Notes: a model not told the origin generated them from the sequence alone. A DNA stretch of 64,000 bases from Lachnospiraceae bacterium (GCA_045117315.1 JBGUNJ010000204.1:4378-68377), one strand, 5' to 3'. Shown: positions 1 through 10,202, counted from the first letter of the stretch. Numbers and translations: made by a program.

Positions 1-1
1 C

Positions 2-124
2 AAGAATAAGAGTGATATTACCGGGATTATCTATGAGCCCTGGCACTACAGATATGTCGGAAACGAAGTCGCCAAGGAAATCCAGGAGAGAGGGATCTGT
101 CTGGAGGAGTACCTTGCGGAATAA
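2..124 (+). CDS. 3' end of a VanY-like D-alanyl-D-alanine carboxypeptidase (M15 family); 5' end is outside the window
   Basis: The frame translates to KNKSDITGIIYEPWHYRYVGNEVAKEIQERGICLEEYLAE*. This parallels the C-terminal ITGIIFEPWHYRYVG...CLEEYL of the next gene. Stop TAA is at 122-124. Confidence 0.7.
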   Translation, partial: KNKSDITGIIYEPWHYRYVGNEVAKEIQERGICLEEYLAE

Positions 125-168
125 CCTGTTCAAAGCAAAGAATCCTATGAAGGGAAGACAGCTGAGAG

Positions 169-3147
169 ATGCAATTGGACCCGAATGATTTAAAAAAGAC
201 AATAAATAATGCCGCGCATTCCTTTCAGGAAAAAACAGGGATAAAGGGTAAAACCGCAAGTGCCCGTCAGGAGAAGGAAACTCCGTCCTCTGATGAGCCT
301 GCTGTGTCCGGACAGGGCGATTCTGCCGGAAAAAGCGACAGCCCGCAAAAGCTGACAAGAAAGCAGAAAAAGTCCCGGCGGTCGAGAAAATCCGGAAAAG
401 GGGCTAAATCAGACCGGACAGCCCGATCCGGTCAGCCGCACCAGAGCGATCATCCGGACGGGCAGAAAACAGATTCCGGTCGGCCGCATCAGGACGACCG
501 GACAGCGGAGTCCGGCCAGAATGCAAAGACCGGTCAGCCTGATCAGAACAATCATCCGGACGGTCAGAAGACAGAGCAGGCTCAGCAGCGTCAGGACTAC
601 CGGAAAACAGAACCGGGACAGAAGGAAGAATCCGACAGATCCCATCAGAACGAACACCGGGACGGACAGTCAAAACAGTCCGGCGCGCACAAGGCCGGAA
701 TCACAGGGAAAACAAAGAAGGGACTGTTCCTGAAAAAGGAAAGGAGCCCGGAAATACAGGTTCCCGATACAGAAGATGCCCCTTCCCGGAAAAATCAGGA
801 CAGGAAAGAACTCTGGGCAGGACCTGCTCAGAAAATATCGGAAACTGTCAGGAAAATCGGAAAAAATACTTCCAGACGAAAAGCATCTGAAGATGCTAAA
901 GCCCTGCAGGAGACAGACATTCCTGTAACGGGTTATACTCATGAGCAACCGAAGATATCCAGCTCTGAAAGAGCGAAAACGCAGGATTCGCCAAAGGCAT
1001 CCGAAAGAGCGAAACCGCAGGATTCGCCAAAGTCATCTGAAAGAGCGAAAGCGCAGGATTCGCCAAAGTCATCCGAAAAAGCGAAAGCGCAGGATTCGCC
1101 AAAGGCATCCGAAAAGGAAAAAACTCAGGATCAGACAAAGGAATCCGAAAAGGAAAAAGCCCGGGGCCGGTCAAAGAAATCCAGAAGAGCCAGAAAAAAG
1201 GACCGGTTAAAAAGAACCGGGAGTGCAAAGACACAGGATCACTCAAAAGAATCTGAACCGGTAAAAATCAGGGGCCGGTCGATTGTCACTGAACCGGGTA
1301 AAGATTCCGGAAAAACACCGGATCATACTAAAATCTCCGGGACCGGGATGGCTCCGGAAGCAGAGACTTCCCGGCCTGAGACTCCGCCGGAGCCGGCAGA
1401 TCATTCCATCCAGGGACCTGCAGCTTCCGCAGAGAGGGATGCGGAAGAAAGCCCTGCTTCGGAAAAAGGCACAGCTCCGAAAAGAGGCTTTGATCCGGAA
1501 AAAGATACAGCTCCGATAAGAGCTTTTGATCCGGAAAAGGATACAGCTCCGGTAAGAGCCTTTGCTTCGGAAAAAGAAACGGCTCCAAAAGGCCAAACCC
1601 TTTCAGGGGGAGAAACGCCATCAGACGACAGGGACCTGAAGTCAGGATCCGTGAAACCGGAAACCGGCGCTGCCCTGTCCGGAGAAGAGCTGAAGGCGTC
1701 TGAAGAGACATCCGACGGCGGTCTTCAAAAGACAGACGGAACACTTTCAGAAGTTCCCGCAAAAACTACCGGCTTTCTGCGGAATGTCTGGCTGCTGCTT
1801 GTCACCTGGTGGAAAGCGTTTTTTGCCTCTCTTGTAAAGAAGGTCGGATATACACTTGCTGCAGCAGGAGTCATCGCCTTTGTGGCCGCCCTGTTCTGCT
1901 GCATCCTCTATCTGAGCACGATGGGATCCCGGAGCGGACAGACAGTGGATTCCGGAGACCGGGACAGAGAAGAAATGATCCCGGAAGAGGGAGCGGAAGC
2001 TGATTACGACGGAATCGCTCCGGCAGATGAAGCCGGGCCTACCGGATGGTCCCAGGTCCTGCCTGACCAGACCGGGGGGACCGATGGCGACCAGGCACTC
2101 GCCAAAGCATTTGAGGGACTTTTTTCGCGGACCCGTGAAGCTGCTGTCGTCCTGAGACAACAGGCGGAGGATACGATTCGCGAAGAATATATGGAAATCC
2201 TTGAAAGCGGCAGAGGAGCGGAGTATACACCTGAATCGGAAGCCCAGAAAAAACTGTGGGAGAAGGTCAGGAGCGAACGCAAAGAGGAACTGAAGGAAAA
2301 GCCCCTTCTCATTCTGGTCAACAAATGGCACACTCTCCCTGAAGACTATGTGGTGGAGCCGGTTGACCTGGAGAACGGACAGCAGATCAGCAGTATCTGT
2401 TATGACCAGATGGTGGAAATGCTTCAGGATTGCCGCAACGCAGGGGGTACGCCCATCGTCTGCTCAGGATACAGGCCGCATGATACGCAGGTCTATCTTT
2501 TTGACCAGCAGATCAACAGATGGCTCTATATGGGCTATGGGCAGGAAGAGGCGGAGGCCATGGCGGCCACTGCCGTAGCAGTTCCCGGAACCAGCGAGCA
2601 TGAGCTGGGACTTGCCGCGGACATCTATTCCTCCGAAAATATGGATCTGGATGAGAGCCAGGTCAACACATTTACACAGCAGTGGCTCATGAAACACAGC
2701 TGGGAGTACGGATTCATCCTGCGTTACCCCAATGGTAAAAGCAGTATCACCGGAATCATTTTTGAACCCTGGCACTACCGGTACGTAGGGAGAAAATACG
2801 CGGAAAAAATATATAAAGCCGATGTCTGCCTGGAAGAATATCTCGATGAGGCGGACCACCCCTATTCACCGCTGGATCCTTTTGCGGAAACCGCGGAAGA
2901 GACAGGGGACGGAACTGAAGATGAATCCACGAACGGGACAACAGATGGAATCGAAAATGGATCTGCCAATGAAACAACAGACGGATTTCAGGATGGATCT
3001 ATGAATGAATCAACGGATCAGTCCGGCAATGAATTCATGAACCAGCCGACGGACGGGGCCGGAGACGGATTCACAAACGGTACAACAGACGGATTCCAAA
3101 ATGAACCCATAAATGGAACATTTAGCGGCACTTATAACGGGTATTAA
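169..3147 (+). CDS. Membrane-anchored VanY-like D,D-carboxypeptidase with a very long low-complexity N-terminal region
   Basis: 992-aa ORF. The C-terminal part carries SEHELGLAADI and EPWHYRYVG (VanY/M15 zinc-peptidase motifs). A hydrophobic segment (WLLLVTWWKAFFASL...AAAGVIAFVAALFCCILYL) lies mid-protein. The first ~540 aa are K/S/E/P/Q-rich with tandem peptide repeats. Confidence 0.8.
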   Translation: MQLDPNDLKKTINNAAHSFQEKTGIKGKTASARQEKETPSSDEPAVSGQGDSAGKSDSPQKLTRKQKKSRRSRKSGKGAKSDRTARSGQPHQSDHPDGQKTDSGRPHQDDRTAESGQNAKTGQPDQNNHPDGQKTEQAQQRQDYRKTEPGQKEESDRSHQNEHRDGQSKQSGAHKAGITGKTKKGLFLKKERSPEIQVPDTEDAPSRKNQDRKELWAGPAQKISETVRKIGKNTSRRKASEDAKALQETDIPVTGYTHEQPKISSSERAKTQDSPKASERAKPQDSPKSSERAKAQDSPKSSEKAKAQDSPKASEKEKTQDQTKESEKEKARGRSKKSRRARKKDRLKRTGSAKTQDHSKESEPVKIRGRSIVTEPGKDSGKTPDHTKISGTGMAPEAETSRPETPPEPADHSIQGPAASAERDAEESPASEKGTAPKRGFDPEKDTAPIRAFDPEKDTAPVRAFASEKETAPKGQTLSGGETPSDDRDLKSGSVKPETGAALSGEELKASEETSDGGLQKTDGTLSEVPAKTTGFLRNVWLLLVTWWKAFFASLVKKVGYTLAAAGVIAFVAALFCCILYLSTMGSRSGQTVDSGDRDREEMIPEEGAEADYDGIAPADEAGPTGWSQVLPDQTGGTDGDQALAKAFEGLFSRTREAAVVLRQQAEDTIREEYMEILESGRGAEYTPESEAQKKLWEKVRSERKEELKEKPLLILVNKWHTLPEDYVVEPVDLENGQQISSICYDQMVEMLQDCRNAGGTPIVCSGYRPHDTQVYLFDQQINRWLYMGYGQEEAEAMAATAVAVPGTSEHELGLAADIYSSENMDLDESQVNTFTQQWLMKHSWEYGFILRYPNGKSSITGIIFEPWHYRYVGRKYAEKIYKADVCLEEYLDEADHPYSPLDPFAETAEETGDGTEDESTNGTTDGIENGSANETTDGFQDGSMNESTDQSGNEFMNQPTDGAGDGFTNGTTDGFQNEPINGTFSGTYNGY
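964..1179 (+). repeat. In-frame 36-nt tandem repeat, about 6 copies, encoding SE(R/K)AK.QDSPK(A/S)
   Basis: Direct reading: tccgaaagagcgaaaccgcaggattcgccaaaggca-type units repeat back to back and become more divergent toward the 3' end. Confidence 0.85.
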
Positions 3148-3214
3148 GTAAAACGAAACGGGGAGAGTTCGACCTGTATGCTGTGCAGGCTGACAGGATA
3201 TGGGGGGATCGCCT

Positions 3215-3266
3215 GAATATGGGGACTCACTCCCAAAATGGAATATGGGGACTCACTCCCAAAATG
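3215..3266. repeat. Perfect 26-bp tandem duplication just upstream of the pyrophosphatase start
   Basis: gaatatggggactcactcccaaaatg occurs twice in tandem (3215-3240 and 3241-3266). Confidence 0.95.
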
Positions 3267-3282
3267 GAAAAGGAGAAATAAT

Positions 3283-4920
3283 ATGACACAGGATGTGATC
3301 TATATTACCGGACATCAGCACCCTGATACAGATTCCATCGCCTCCGCGATCGGCTACGCATTTTTCAAGCGGGCCAATGGCGTGAAGGCCGTTCCCTGCA
3401 GACTCGGAAAAATCGGAACCGAGACCAGATTCCTTCTCGACAGATTCGGCTTCCAGGAGCCCATGCTGCTTGAGGATGCCCGCGTCAAGATGTCCGAGAT
3501 CGAGATTGACGACCCCACCACAATCATGCCGGACAAAACCATCTTTGAGGCGATTCAGCTGATGCATGGCGCGGACAAGCAGACCTGCGGCGTTGTTGAC
3601 GAAGAAAACAGAGTCGTCGGCATGGTTACCATGAACGATATCGGCCTGGTCGCCATGGGCGATACGGCCAGTACCGAGAAGCTTCTCGAGGATATCTCTC
3701 CCGAGAACATCAATACCGCGATCAACGGAAAGATCATTTACCGCGCGCCGGACCGCCACATCCGCGGAAGAGTGTCGGTCATCGCCATCACCAAAGAAGA
3801 TATCGCCATCCACGAAGTCAAGGACAAGATCGTTATCGTCGGTGACGACATAGACGCCCAGAAACACGTGATCGAGATGGGCGCAGGCATGCTGATTCTG
3901 GTGCGTGCGGATCAAGTGAGTGAGGAAGTATTGGAACTGGCCAGGGAATACGGCGTCTCCGTGATCATTTCCGGTCACAGCACCATGAACACTTCCCGAT
4001 ACACATATTTCGCCCCTCCCATCAGCAAGATCATGGCGACCAAGATCGTCAAGTTCTATGCAAACGAGCTGGCTGAGGACGTCGGTATCAAGATGATGAG
4101 AACACGTTATCACGCCTATCCCATCGTCGACGAAAATGACAGGATCGTGGGCTGCGCTTCCCGCTACCACATCATGAACAGCAAGAACAAAAAGATCATT
4201 CTGGTCGACCACAACGAGTTCTCCCAGTCCGTCAGAGCTATAGACAAGGCAGAGGTTCTGGAAGTAATCGACCACCACAGGATCAACGACTTCTCGACAA
4301 AGAGGCCGGTGGCTTTCCGTAACGAGATCATCGGCAGTACTGCGACCATCGTCGCGACCATGTTCCGTGAGAACCAGATCCCGATTCCCCAGAATCTGGC
4401 GGGACTCCTGCTCGGAGCCATCCTCTCAGACACCCTCAAGTTCCAGTCCCCGACCACGACTGAAAAGGACAAGCGCACAGCGAATATCCTTGCCGCCATT
4501 GCGGATCTGGACATCGACGAATTCGCCAATGAAATGTTCTCTGTCGGAGCGGATATCAAGGGCAAGGGCATTTCCGAGCTTCTCAATCAGGATATCAAGT
4601 ACTTTGAGATCGAGAACTGCAAGACCATGGTCTCCCAGGTCATCATCTCCACCTTCAAGGCTCTCGAGGGCAAGAGCGATGAGATTCAGTCTGTTCTCAG
4701 CGAGTTCACCAAGAAAAAGAACCTGGATCTGTGCCTGATGGTCTTCACCAGCATCCTGGACAACGGTTCTATCGTCTACTGCGCCGGTGAAAAATCCGAC
4801 TGGGCACTGGAAGCCTTCCCGGACAAGGACAATGAAGTTCACTCCCTGCAGAAGGGAGTCCTTTCCAGAAAGTCCCAGATCATTCCGATCCTGACAGCAA
4901 CGATCCAGAAGTACTCATAA
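3283..4920 (+). CDS. CBS-domain-containing DHH/DHHA2 family II inorganic pyrophosphatase-like protein
   Basis: N-terminal ITGHQHPDTDSIASAIGYA (DHH motif I) and later DHNE and DHHRI are present, with CBS-like inserts between and a DHHA2-like C-terminus. Start chosen at ATG 3283, preceded by aaaaggagaaataat; the ORF track start at 3238 lies inside the 26-bp repeat. Confidence 0.8.
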   Translation: MTQDVIYITGHQHPDTDSIASAIGYAFFKRANGVKAVPCRLGKIGTETRFLLDRFGFQEPMLLEDARVKMSEIEIDDPTTIMPDKTIFEAIQLMHGADKQTCGVVDEENRVVGMVTMNDIGLVAMGDTASTEKLLEDISPENINTAINGKIIYRAPDRHIRGRVSVIAITKEDIAIHEVKDKIVIVGDDIDAQKHVIEMGAGMLILVRADQVSEEVLELAREYGVSVIISGHSTMNTSRYTYFAPPISKIMATKIVKFYANELAEDVGIKMMRTRYHAYPIVDENDRIVGCASRYHIMNSKNKKIILVDHNEFSQSVRAIDKAEVLEVIDHHRINDFSTKRPVAFRNEIIGSTATIVATMFRENQIPIPQNLAGLLLGAILSDTLKFQSPTTTEKDKRTANILAAIADLDIDEFANEMFSVGADIKGKGISELLNQDIKYFEIENCKTMVSQVIISTFKALEGKSDEIQSVLSEFTKKKNLDLCLMVFTSILDNGSIVYCAGEKSDWALEAFPDKDNEVHSLQKGVLSRKSQIIPILTATIQKYS

Positions 4921-5146
4921 AACCGGAGCAGTTCTGTACACGCCCCGGTCCGGGGTATGTACTTGAAACTTCTTTTTCCTGAATCAGACCATAAAAATCT
5001 GCCGCGTCCGTAAAAAAGACATTCTGTATTGCCAAAATGCCTTCGAATGTCTTCGGACGTGGCAGATACTGCGTGATAAGACAGAAATTGTGTGTTATGA
5101 TTGCAGAAGCGCTCTTTCTCCGATCTGCTGCCCGTTCAGCGTCAGA

Positions 5147-5257
5147 GGAGTTCTTTTTCAGCTTCAGGAGCGTTCTTTTTCAGCTTCAAAAGCGTTCTTT
5201 TTCAGCTTCAGGAGCGTTCTTTTTCAGCTCCAGAAGCGCTCTTTTTCAGCATCAGAA
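5147..5257. repeat. 22-bp tandem repeat, about 5 copies (ggagcgttctttttcagcttca)
   Basis: Direct reading of consecutive near-identical 22-mers. The three overlapping ORFs in the track here (5037-5370) are artefacts of the repeat. Confidence 0.9.
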
Positions 5258-5314
5258 GAGCGGAGCCGTCACGCGGCAGACAGCAGGCTGCACCTTCCCA
5301 AGCTGCATGCTGTC

Positions 5315-5369
5315 AAATGAAAAATGCGTGCGAATATATTTTGAAAAATGAAAAATGCGTGCGAATATA
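5315..5369. repeat. Direct duplication of aaatgaaaaatgcgtgcgaatata with a 31-bp period
   Basis: Two identical 24-mers at 5315-5338 and 5346-5369. Confidence 0.9.
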
Positions 5370-5433
5370 AAAAAGGAAACAAGGAAATATATTAAAAAAA
5401 AGGATACAAGAAAACAGAAAGCAGTATTGACTT

Positions 5434-6366
5434 ATGAATGAAAATAAAGACTACATGATTCGTGCTGTAGCCGCGGATGCCCAGATCCGTGCTTTCGCGG
5501 TCACTTCCCGAAACCTGACAGAAAAGGCCAGACAGGCCCACAATACCAGTCCCATTGCCACAGCCGCCCTCGGACGCGCCATGTCAGGCGCCCTGATGAT
5601 GGCCGAGATGCTCAAAGGTCCCCGCGACCTGCTCACCATCCAGATTGACGGGGACGGTCCCATGCAGGGCCTGGTGGTCACGGCGGACAACCACGGCCAT
5701 GTCAAAGGATATGTCAAGAATCCCAATGTCATCCTTCCGCCCAACGCGCAGGGACACCTGAATGTCGGCGGGGCAGTCGGAAAGGGCACCCTCACCGTGA
5801 TCCGGGATATGAATCTCAAAGATCCTTATATCGGCCAGATTCCCCTGGTGACAGGCGAGATCGCCGAGGACCTGACGGCTTACTACGCACAGTCGGAGCA
5901 GATTCCTTCCGCTGTGGGACTCGGTGTGCTCATGAGCAAAGACAACACTGTCCGCAGAGCGGGAGGCTTTGTCGTACAGCTCATGCCCTTCGCGGATGAC
6001 GAAGTGATTGCCCGTCTGGAAGAAAATATCCGTAAAATCTCTTCAGTCACAAACATCCTGGCAGAGGAGAATACACCCGAACACCTTCTGAAGGTTGTCC
6101 TGGAAGGATTTGAACCGGAAATTACATCCCGGGAGGATGTCAGCTTTTTCTGCAACTGCAGCAAAGAAAGATTCGCCCGCGGACTGATCCTTCTCGGAAA
6201 AGATGAGCTGGAGAACATCATCAGCGAGGGAAAGGATATAGAGCTCAAGTGCCAGTTCTGCAACAGCTCCTACAATTTTTCCACGGATGAGGTCAGGAAA
6301 CTTCTGCCCCGCACACAGGTTTCCGAATCGGATGCGGAACCGCAGACCGAATCCGAGGATTCATGA
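5434..6366 (+). CDS. hslO: Redox-regulated chaperone Hsp33
   Basis: The size (310 aa) fits, and the C-terminal zinc-centre motif FFCNCSKERF...LKCQFCNSSY (CxC...CxxC) is present. The N-terminal MIRAVAADAQIRAFAV pattern is typical of Hsp33. Confidence 0.85.
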   Translation: MNENKDYMIRAVAADAQIRAFAVTSRNLTEKARQAHNTSPIATAALGRAMSGALMMAEMLKGPRDLLTIQIDGDGPMQGLVVTADNHGHVKGYVKNPNVILPPNAQGHLNVGGAVGKGTLTVIRDMNLKDPYIGQIPLVTGEIAEDLTAYYAQSEQIPSAVGLGVLMSKDNTVRRAGGFVVQLMPFADDEVIARLEENIRKISSVTNILAEENTPEHLLKVVLEGFEPEITSREDVSFFCNCSKERFARGLILLGKDELENIISEGKDIELKCQFCNSSYNFSTDEVRKLLPRTQVSESDAEPQTESEDS

Positions 6367-6530
6367 GAACTTATCAAATTTGATGAAAATCACTTAAGTT
6401 CTCATAAGATTCATGATAAATCACGAAAACCACTTAAGATCTCACAAGATTTATACAAATCATGAAAATCACTTGAGATTCTTTAAAAATCATGAATATT
6501 CCTCATGATTTATGAGAATACATGAGGATT
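6367..6530. repeat. Degenerate A+T-rich tandem repeats (catgaaaatcacttaagatct-type units)
   Basis: Repeated atcacttaag / tcatga(a/t)aa elements are visible by eye. Unit boundaries are imprecise. Confidence 0.6.
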
Positions 6531-6804
6531 GCAAAACAAAGTACATCTTATTATAATGATATCGATTTTTTGATACTTCCGGAGTAATCCGAGTAATAAT
6601 AACATATACCCTGCGCCGGAAGCTCCATGTGTGGAGCTTCGGACGGATCAGCTCAGCTCCGCAGAAAAACCCTTCGGGCTGCCCGCGGCTGTATAAAGCC
6701 TGTAAGAGCGGGAACTGCGCAGAGGGAAAAGCGGGGCGCAGGACTCGCGGTCAGATTATATATCACGCGGGTTCTGAATATATAGGATAAAGAGGACAAA
6801 TAGA

Positions 6805-8637
6805 ATGTATTGTGCAAAATGTGGCGCCAGGCTGGCAGACGGCGCCAAAAAGTGTGACGAGTGCGGCAATGCCGTGCGCGTGCGTCCCGCTGTTGCATCC
6901 GGAAAACGTTCAGAGATAGCTTTTGATTATGCTCCCGGCAATCTGAATAAAGCGGACAATTCCAAAGAAAAGTCCGGCGATTATTTTCCTGTGGATCAGG
7001 AAGTCAAAGATCCCGCTTTTTGTGAAGAGCCGGGGGAAAATGTCGATGTTCAGTCGATCATAAGGATTGCGCATGGAGAAGAGCCGGCTTCCAAAAAGGA
7101 GAGCTCTGATCCCGAGGACGGAAAAAAGCCGGCGTCCAAAAAGGAGAGTTCTGATCCTGAGGACGGGAAAAAACCGGTTTCCAAAAAGAAAGTCTCTGAG
7201 TCTGAGAACGGAAAAAAGCCGGCTTCCAAAAAGAAAGTCTCTGAGTCTGAGAATGGAAAAAAGCCGGTTTCCAAAAAGAAGAGTTCTGAGTCTGAGAACG
7301 GAAAAAAGCCGGTTCCCAAAAAGACAGTCTCCAATCCTGAAGAAGGAAAAAGGCCCGTGATCTCAAACGGCGGGGGAAGGCTTCGTTACGGCGCAGTCAC
7401 TCCCCTGGAGAAAGTGCGCCGCCGGATCGCCGAAATAAGGCATCATCTGGAAGAAACGGCGGAAGAAAAGCGCATGAGCAGGCACATAGAGCGCGCAGCC
7501 AGGCACTATGAAGAGCTCGGAGCTCCTGCCACACCGATTTTAATTTCATCAGTGAAAAAGACCGGGGAATCCCGGAAACCTGCTGTCGATGCTGTGATCC
7601 CGGCACAGGAGGCAAAGCAGGCTGCGAACGGGCACGAAGAAAAAGTCCGTGCGCAGCAGGAAAAACAGACACGGGAAACCGGCGGACAGGCCGAACATGA
7701 AAAGACAGTCGACATTCTGTCCTCGAAGAGTGAGGTGACACCCTCTCAGAAAAACGTTCCGACCGGGCAGAAGGCGCATGCGGAGTATGCTGAAACTGTT
7801 GGGCAGGCTGTTTTGAAAGAAGAAATCCCTGATACAGAAGCAACCGCAGAGGTTGGAATTCCGGAAAGAAATGTATCCGCAGAGGCCGGAACTCCTGAAA
7901 GAGAAGTATCCGCAGAGGGCACTGCTCCTGAAAGAAAAGTATCCGCAGAGGGTCCTGCTCTGGAAATAGAAACGGCAACAGAGAGTGAAGCCCTGCAAGG
8001 TGAGGCAGCCGGGAGAAAGGCTGTCGAGGAAAAAATCCTGGCCGAACAGAAAGCAAGGGCTGAGCAGAAAGCTCTCGCCGACAGGGAAGCCGCTGAGAGA
8101 GAAGCTGTCGAGAGAAAGGCCGCCGAAGAGAAGATCCTGGCCGAACAGAAGGCCCGCAAAGCCCTGGAGGAACAGGAGCGCAGGGACCGTGAAAGACTTG
8201 CGCGCAAGAACGCCGCAGTCGCGGAAAGAACTCTCTCGGAAGAGGAAAAGCAGCTTCAGGAAGCCCGCCGTATCCGCAGGTATTACGAAGAGGAACCCGA
8301 TGCGATGGAACTCTTCCTCGACAAATTCGGACTTACCAAGGAGACCGGGGTCAAGATCGCAACGCTCTTCCTGATCGTTGTTCTCAGCCTGATTTATGTG
8401 ATCGGCCGCGGCAGATCCGGCGGAAGCAGCAGTCCTTCACCTTCCGGTGAGGGCGCCGCAGGAGAAACCTTCTCTGTCTCCCCCGAATCAGAAGACGATG
8501 GCGGCAGCGGCGTTTTTGATGACAGTGATCTTCCGACCGGCGGCGGAGACTTCGAGAATTCTCAATCCGACAAAGACACAGACGCGCAGCAGGAAGGACC
8601 TGATACACAGGAACCGACTGAGAACGAAGCGCCGTAA
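6805..8637 (+). CDS. Zinc-ribbon membrane protein with repetitive low-complexity regions
   Basis: N-terminal MYCAKCGARLADGAKKCDECG is a zinc ribbon. GKKPASKKESSDPED repeats and an A/E/K-rich coiled-coil-like stretch follow. A TM segment (IATLFLIVVLSLIYVIG) sits near the C-terminus. RBS aagagga lies 9 nt upstream. Confidence 0.7.
   Translation: MYCAKCGARLADGAKKCDECGNAVRVRPAVASGKRSEIAFDYAPGNLNKADNSKEKSGDYFPVDQEVKDPAFCEEPGENVDVQSIIRIAHGEEPASKKESSDPEDGKKPASKKESSDPEDGKKPVSKKKVSESENGKKPASKKKVSESENGKKPVSKKKSSESENGKKPVPKKTVSNPEEGKRPVISNGGGRLRYGAVTPLEKVRRRIAEIRHHLEETAEEKRMSRHIERAARHYEELGAPATPILISSVKKTGESRKPAVDAVIPAQEAKQAANGHEEKVRAQQEKQTRETGGQAEHEKTVDILSSKSEVTPSQKNVPTGQKAHAEYAETVGQAVLKEEIPDTEATAEVGIPERNVSAEAGTPEREVSAEGTAPERKVSAEGPALEIETATESEALQGEAAGRKAVEEKILAEQKARAEQKALADREAAEREAVERKAAEEKILAEQKARKALEEQERRDRERLARKNAAVAERTLSEEEKQLQEARRIRRYYEEEPDAMELFLDKFGLTKETGVKIATLFLIVVLSLIYVIGRGRSGGSSSPSPSGEGAAGETFSVSPESEDDGGSGVFDDSDLPTGGGDFENSQSDKDTDAQQEGPDTQEPTENEAP
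7075..7344 (+). repeat. In-frame 45-nt tandem repeat, 6 copies (GKKP(A/V)SKK(E/K)(S/V)S(D/E)(P/S)E(D/N))
   Basis: Direct reading: ggaaaaaagccggcgtccaaaaaggagagttctgatcctgaggac-type units lie back to back. Confidence 0.9.
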
Positions 8638-8782
8638 TCAGAAGCGGTACAGCTTACGGAGAACGAAGCGCCGTAATAAACGAAGTTTTGAAAAAAACAG
8701 AACAGCTACAGCGAACGAAGTTCTTTAATTAATGTATTTTTATAAAATAAAAGGACAGCTTACGGAGAACGAAGCACCATAG
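8618..8782. repeat. Dispersed/tandem copies of the 3' terminus of the preceding gene (gagaacgaagcgccgtaat; acagcttacggagaacgaagc)
   Basis: The last codons plus stop of the 6805-8637 CDS reappear at 8657-8677. Related copies lie at about 8702-8720 and 8755-8782. Confidence 0.8.
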
Positions 8783-8814
8783 CAAAAAAGCAGGAAAGTA
8801 AAGGTATCGTAATT

Positions 8815-10170
8815 ATGCAAAGAGAATCTTTGGGCAGTCGTTTGGGATTTATACTGATCAGCGCGGGCTGCGCGATCGGTATTGGTAATGTATGGAGATT
8901 TCCGTATTTGTGCGGACAGTACGGCGGTGGCGCATTCGTGCTTGTCTACCTGTTTTTCCTCTTCATCCTGGGTCTTCCGGCAATGTGCATGGAGTTTTCT
9001 GTCGGACGTGCCAGCCAGACCAGTCCCATAAGCATGTATCAGAAGCTTGAGCCCGAAGGTTCCAAATGGCATCTTCACGGCATTGCCTGCCTGGCAGGCA
9101 ACTACATTCTGATGATGTTCTACACCACCGTCGCGGGATGGATGGTTCAGTATTTCTTCCAGGAAATCAGAGGAACATTTGTCGGACTGGACCCTGACGG
9201 TGTAGCCAATGTCTTTTCACAGAGCCTCGAGAATCCTGCCATGCAGGTGGGCTTTATGGGACTTGTTGTCCTGATGGGCTGTTTCGTCAACATGAGAGGC
9301 CTGCAGGCCGGACTGGAGCGCGTGACCAAGGTCATGATGATCGCCCTGATCATCATTATGATGATTCTTGCTGTGAACAGCCTCTTCCTGCCCGGGGCAT
9401 CTGAGGGAATCCGCTATCTGCTTATCCCTGATTTCAAGAGAATGCAGGAAGCCGGAATCTGGAACGTGATCGCGGCTGCAATGAACCAGTCGTTCTTTAC
9501 ACTCAGTGTCGGCATCGGTTCCATGGCTATTTTCGGAAGCTATATCGGAAGAGAGCGGTCTCTGTTCGGAGAGTCCGTCAACGTCGTTCTGCTGGATACA
9601 TTTGTCGCGATCTGCTCCGGCCTGATCATCATCCCCGCATGCTTTGCGTACGGTGTTGAGGCGGGCGCAGGCCCCAGCCTGATCTTCATCACCCTTCCCA
9701 ACATTTTCAACAACATGCCTCTGGGAAGAGTCTGGGGAAGCCTGTTCTTTGTCTTCATGTCCTTCGCGGCATTCTCCACAGTTCTGGCTGTGTTTGAGAA
9801 CATCATGGCCATGTGCATGGATCTGTTCGGATGGAGCAGATTCAAGTCCGGACTGTTTAATATTTTCGCGATCTTCATCGGATCCCTGCCCTGCGCTCTG
9901 GGATTCAATGTACTCTCCTGGATCCAGCCCCTCGGAGAGGGCACCGGGGTCCTCGACCTCGAAGACTATATCGTCAGCAACTATCTGCTGCCTCTCGGCG
10001 CCCTGGTCTTTGTCCTTTTCTGCACCCGCAAAATCGGATGGGGATGGGATAATTTCAAGAAGGAAGCCAATGAGGGCGAGGGCATGAAGATACATGACTG
10101 GATGAAACCCTACATCACATGGGTCCTGCCTGTCCTGATTATTATCGTCTTTATCAAGGGAATAATCTGA
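8815..10170 (+). CDS. Sodium-dependent transporter, neurotransmitter:sodium symporter (NSS/SNF) family
   Basis: N-terminal GFILISAGCAIGIGNVWRFPYLCGQYGGGAF is the NSS signature. The 451-aa protein is polytopic and hydrophobic throughout. Confidence 0.85.
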   Translation: MQRESLGSRLGFILISAGCAIGIGNVWRFPYLCGQYGGGAFVLVYLFFLFILGLPAMCMEFSVGRASQTSPISMYQKLEPEGSKWHLHGIACLAGNYILMMFYTTVAGWMVQYFFQEIRGTFVGLDPDGVANVFSQSLENPAMQVGFMGLVVLMGCFVNMRGLQAGLERVTKVMMIALIIIMMILAVNSLFLPGASEGIRYLLIPDFKRMQEAGIWNVIAAAMNQSFFTLSVGIGSMAIFGSYIGRERSLFGESVNVVLLDTFVAICSGLIIIPACFAYGVEAGAGPSLIFITLPNIFNNMPLGRVWGSLFFVFMSFAAFSTVLAVFENIMAMCMDLFGWSRFKSGLFNIFAIFIGSLPCALGFNVLSWIQPLGEGTGVLDLEDYIVSNYLLPLGALVFVLFCTRKIGWGWDNFKKEANEGEGMKIHDWMKPYITWVLPVLIIIVFIKGII

Positions 10171-10202
10171 CCGCCCATATTGGAAAGGATAACACACGGA
10201 AA

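Noticed and set aside
404-2333. Numerous 60-190 aa ORFs on both strands within the VanY-like gene
   Set aside because: These are repeat-driven and shadow ORFs. Only the 169-3147 frame ends in a recognisable catalytic domain.
3253-4278. 341-aa minus-strand ORF inside the pyrophosphatase gene; similar cases at 9217-10227, 17240-17986, 18433-19806 and 28027-28713
   Set aside because: These are shadow ORFs opposite genes with strong family motifs. They have no RBS and low-complexity composition.
5037-5370. Three overlapping ORFs (104, 76 and 89 aa) upstream of hslO
   Set aside because: All three are translations of the 22-bp tandem repeat in different frames (FSASGAFFF-type repeats). They are an artefact of the repeat, not genes.
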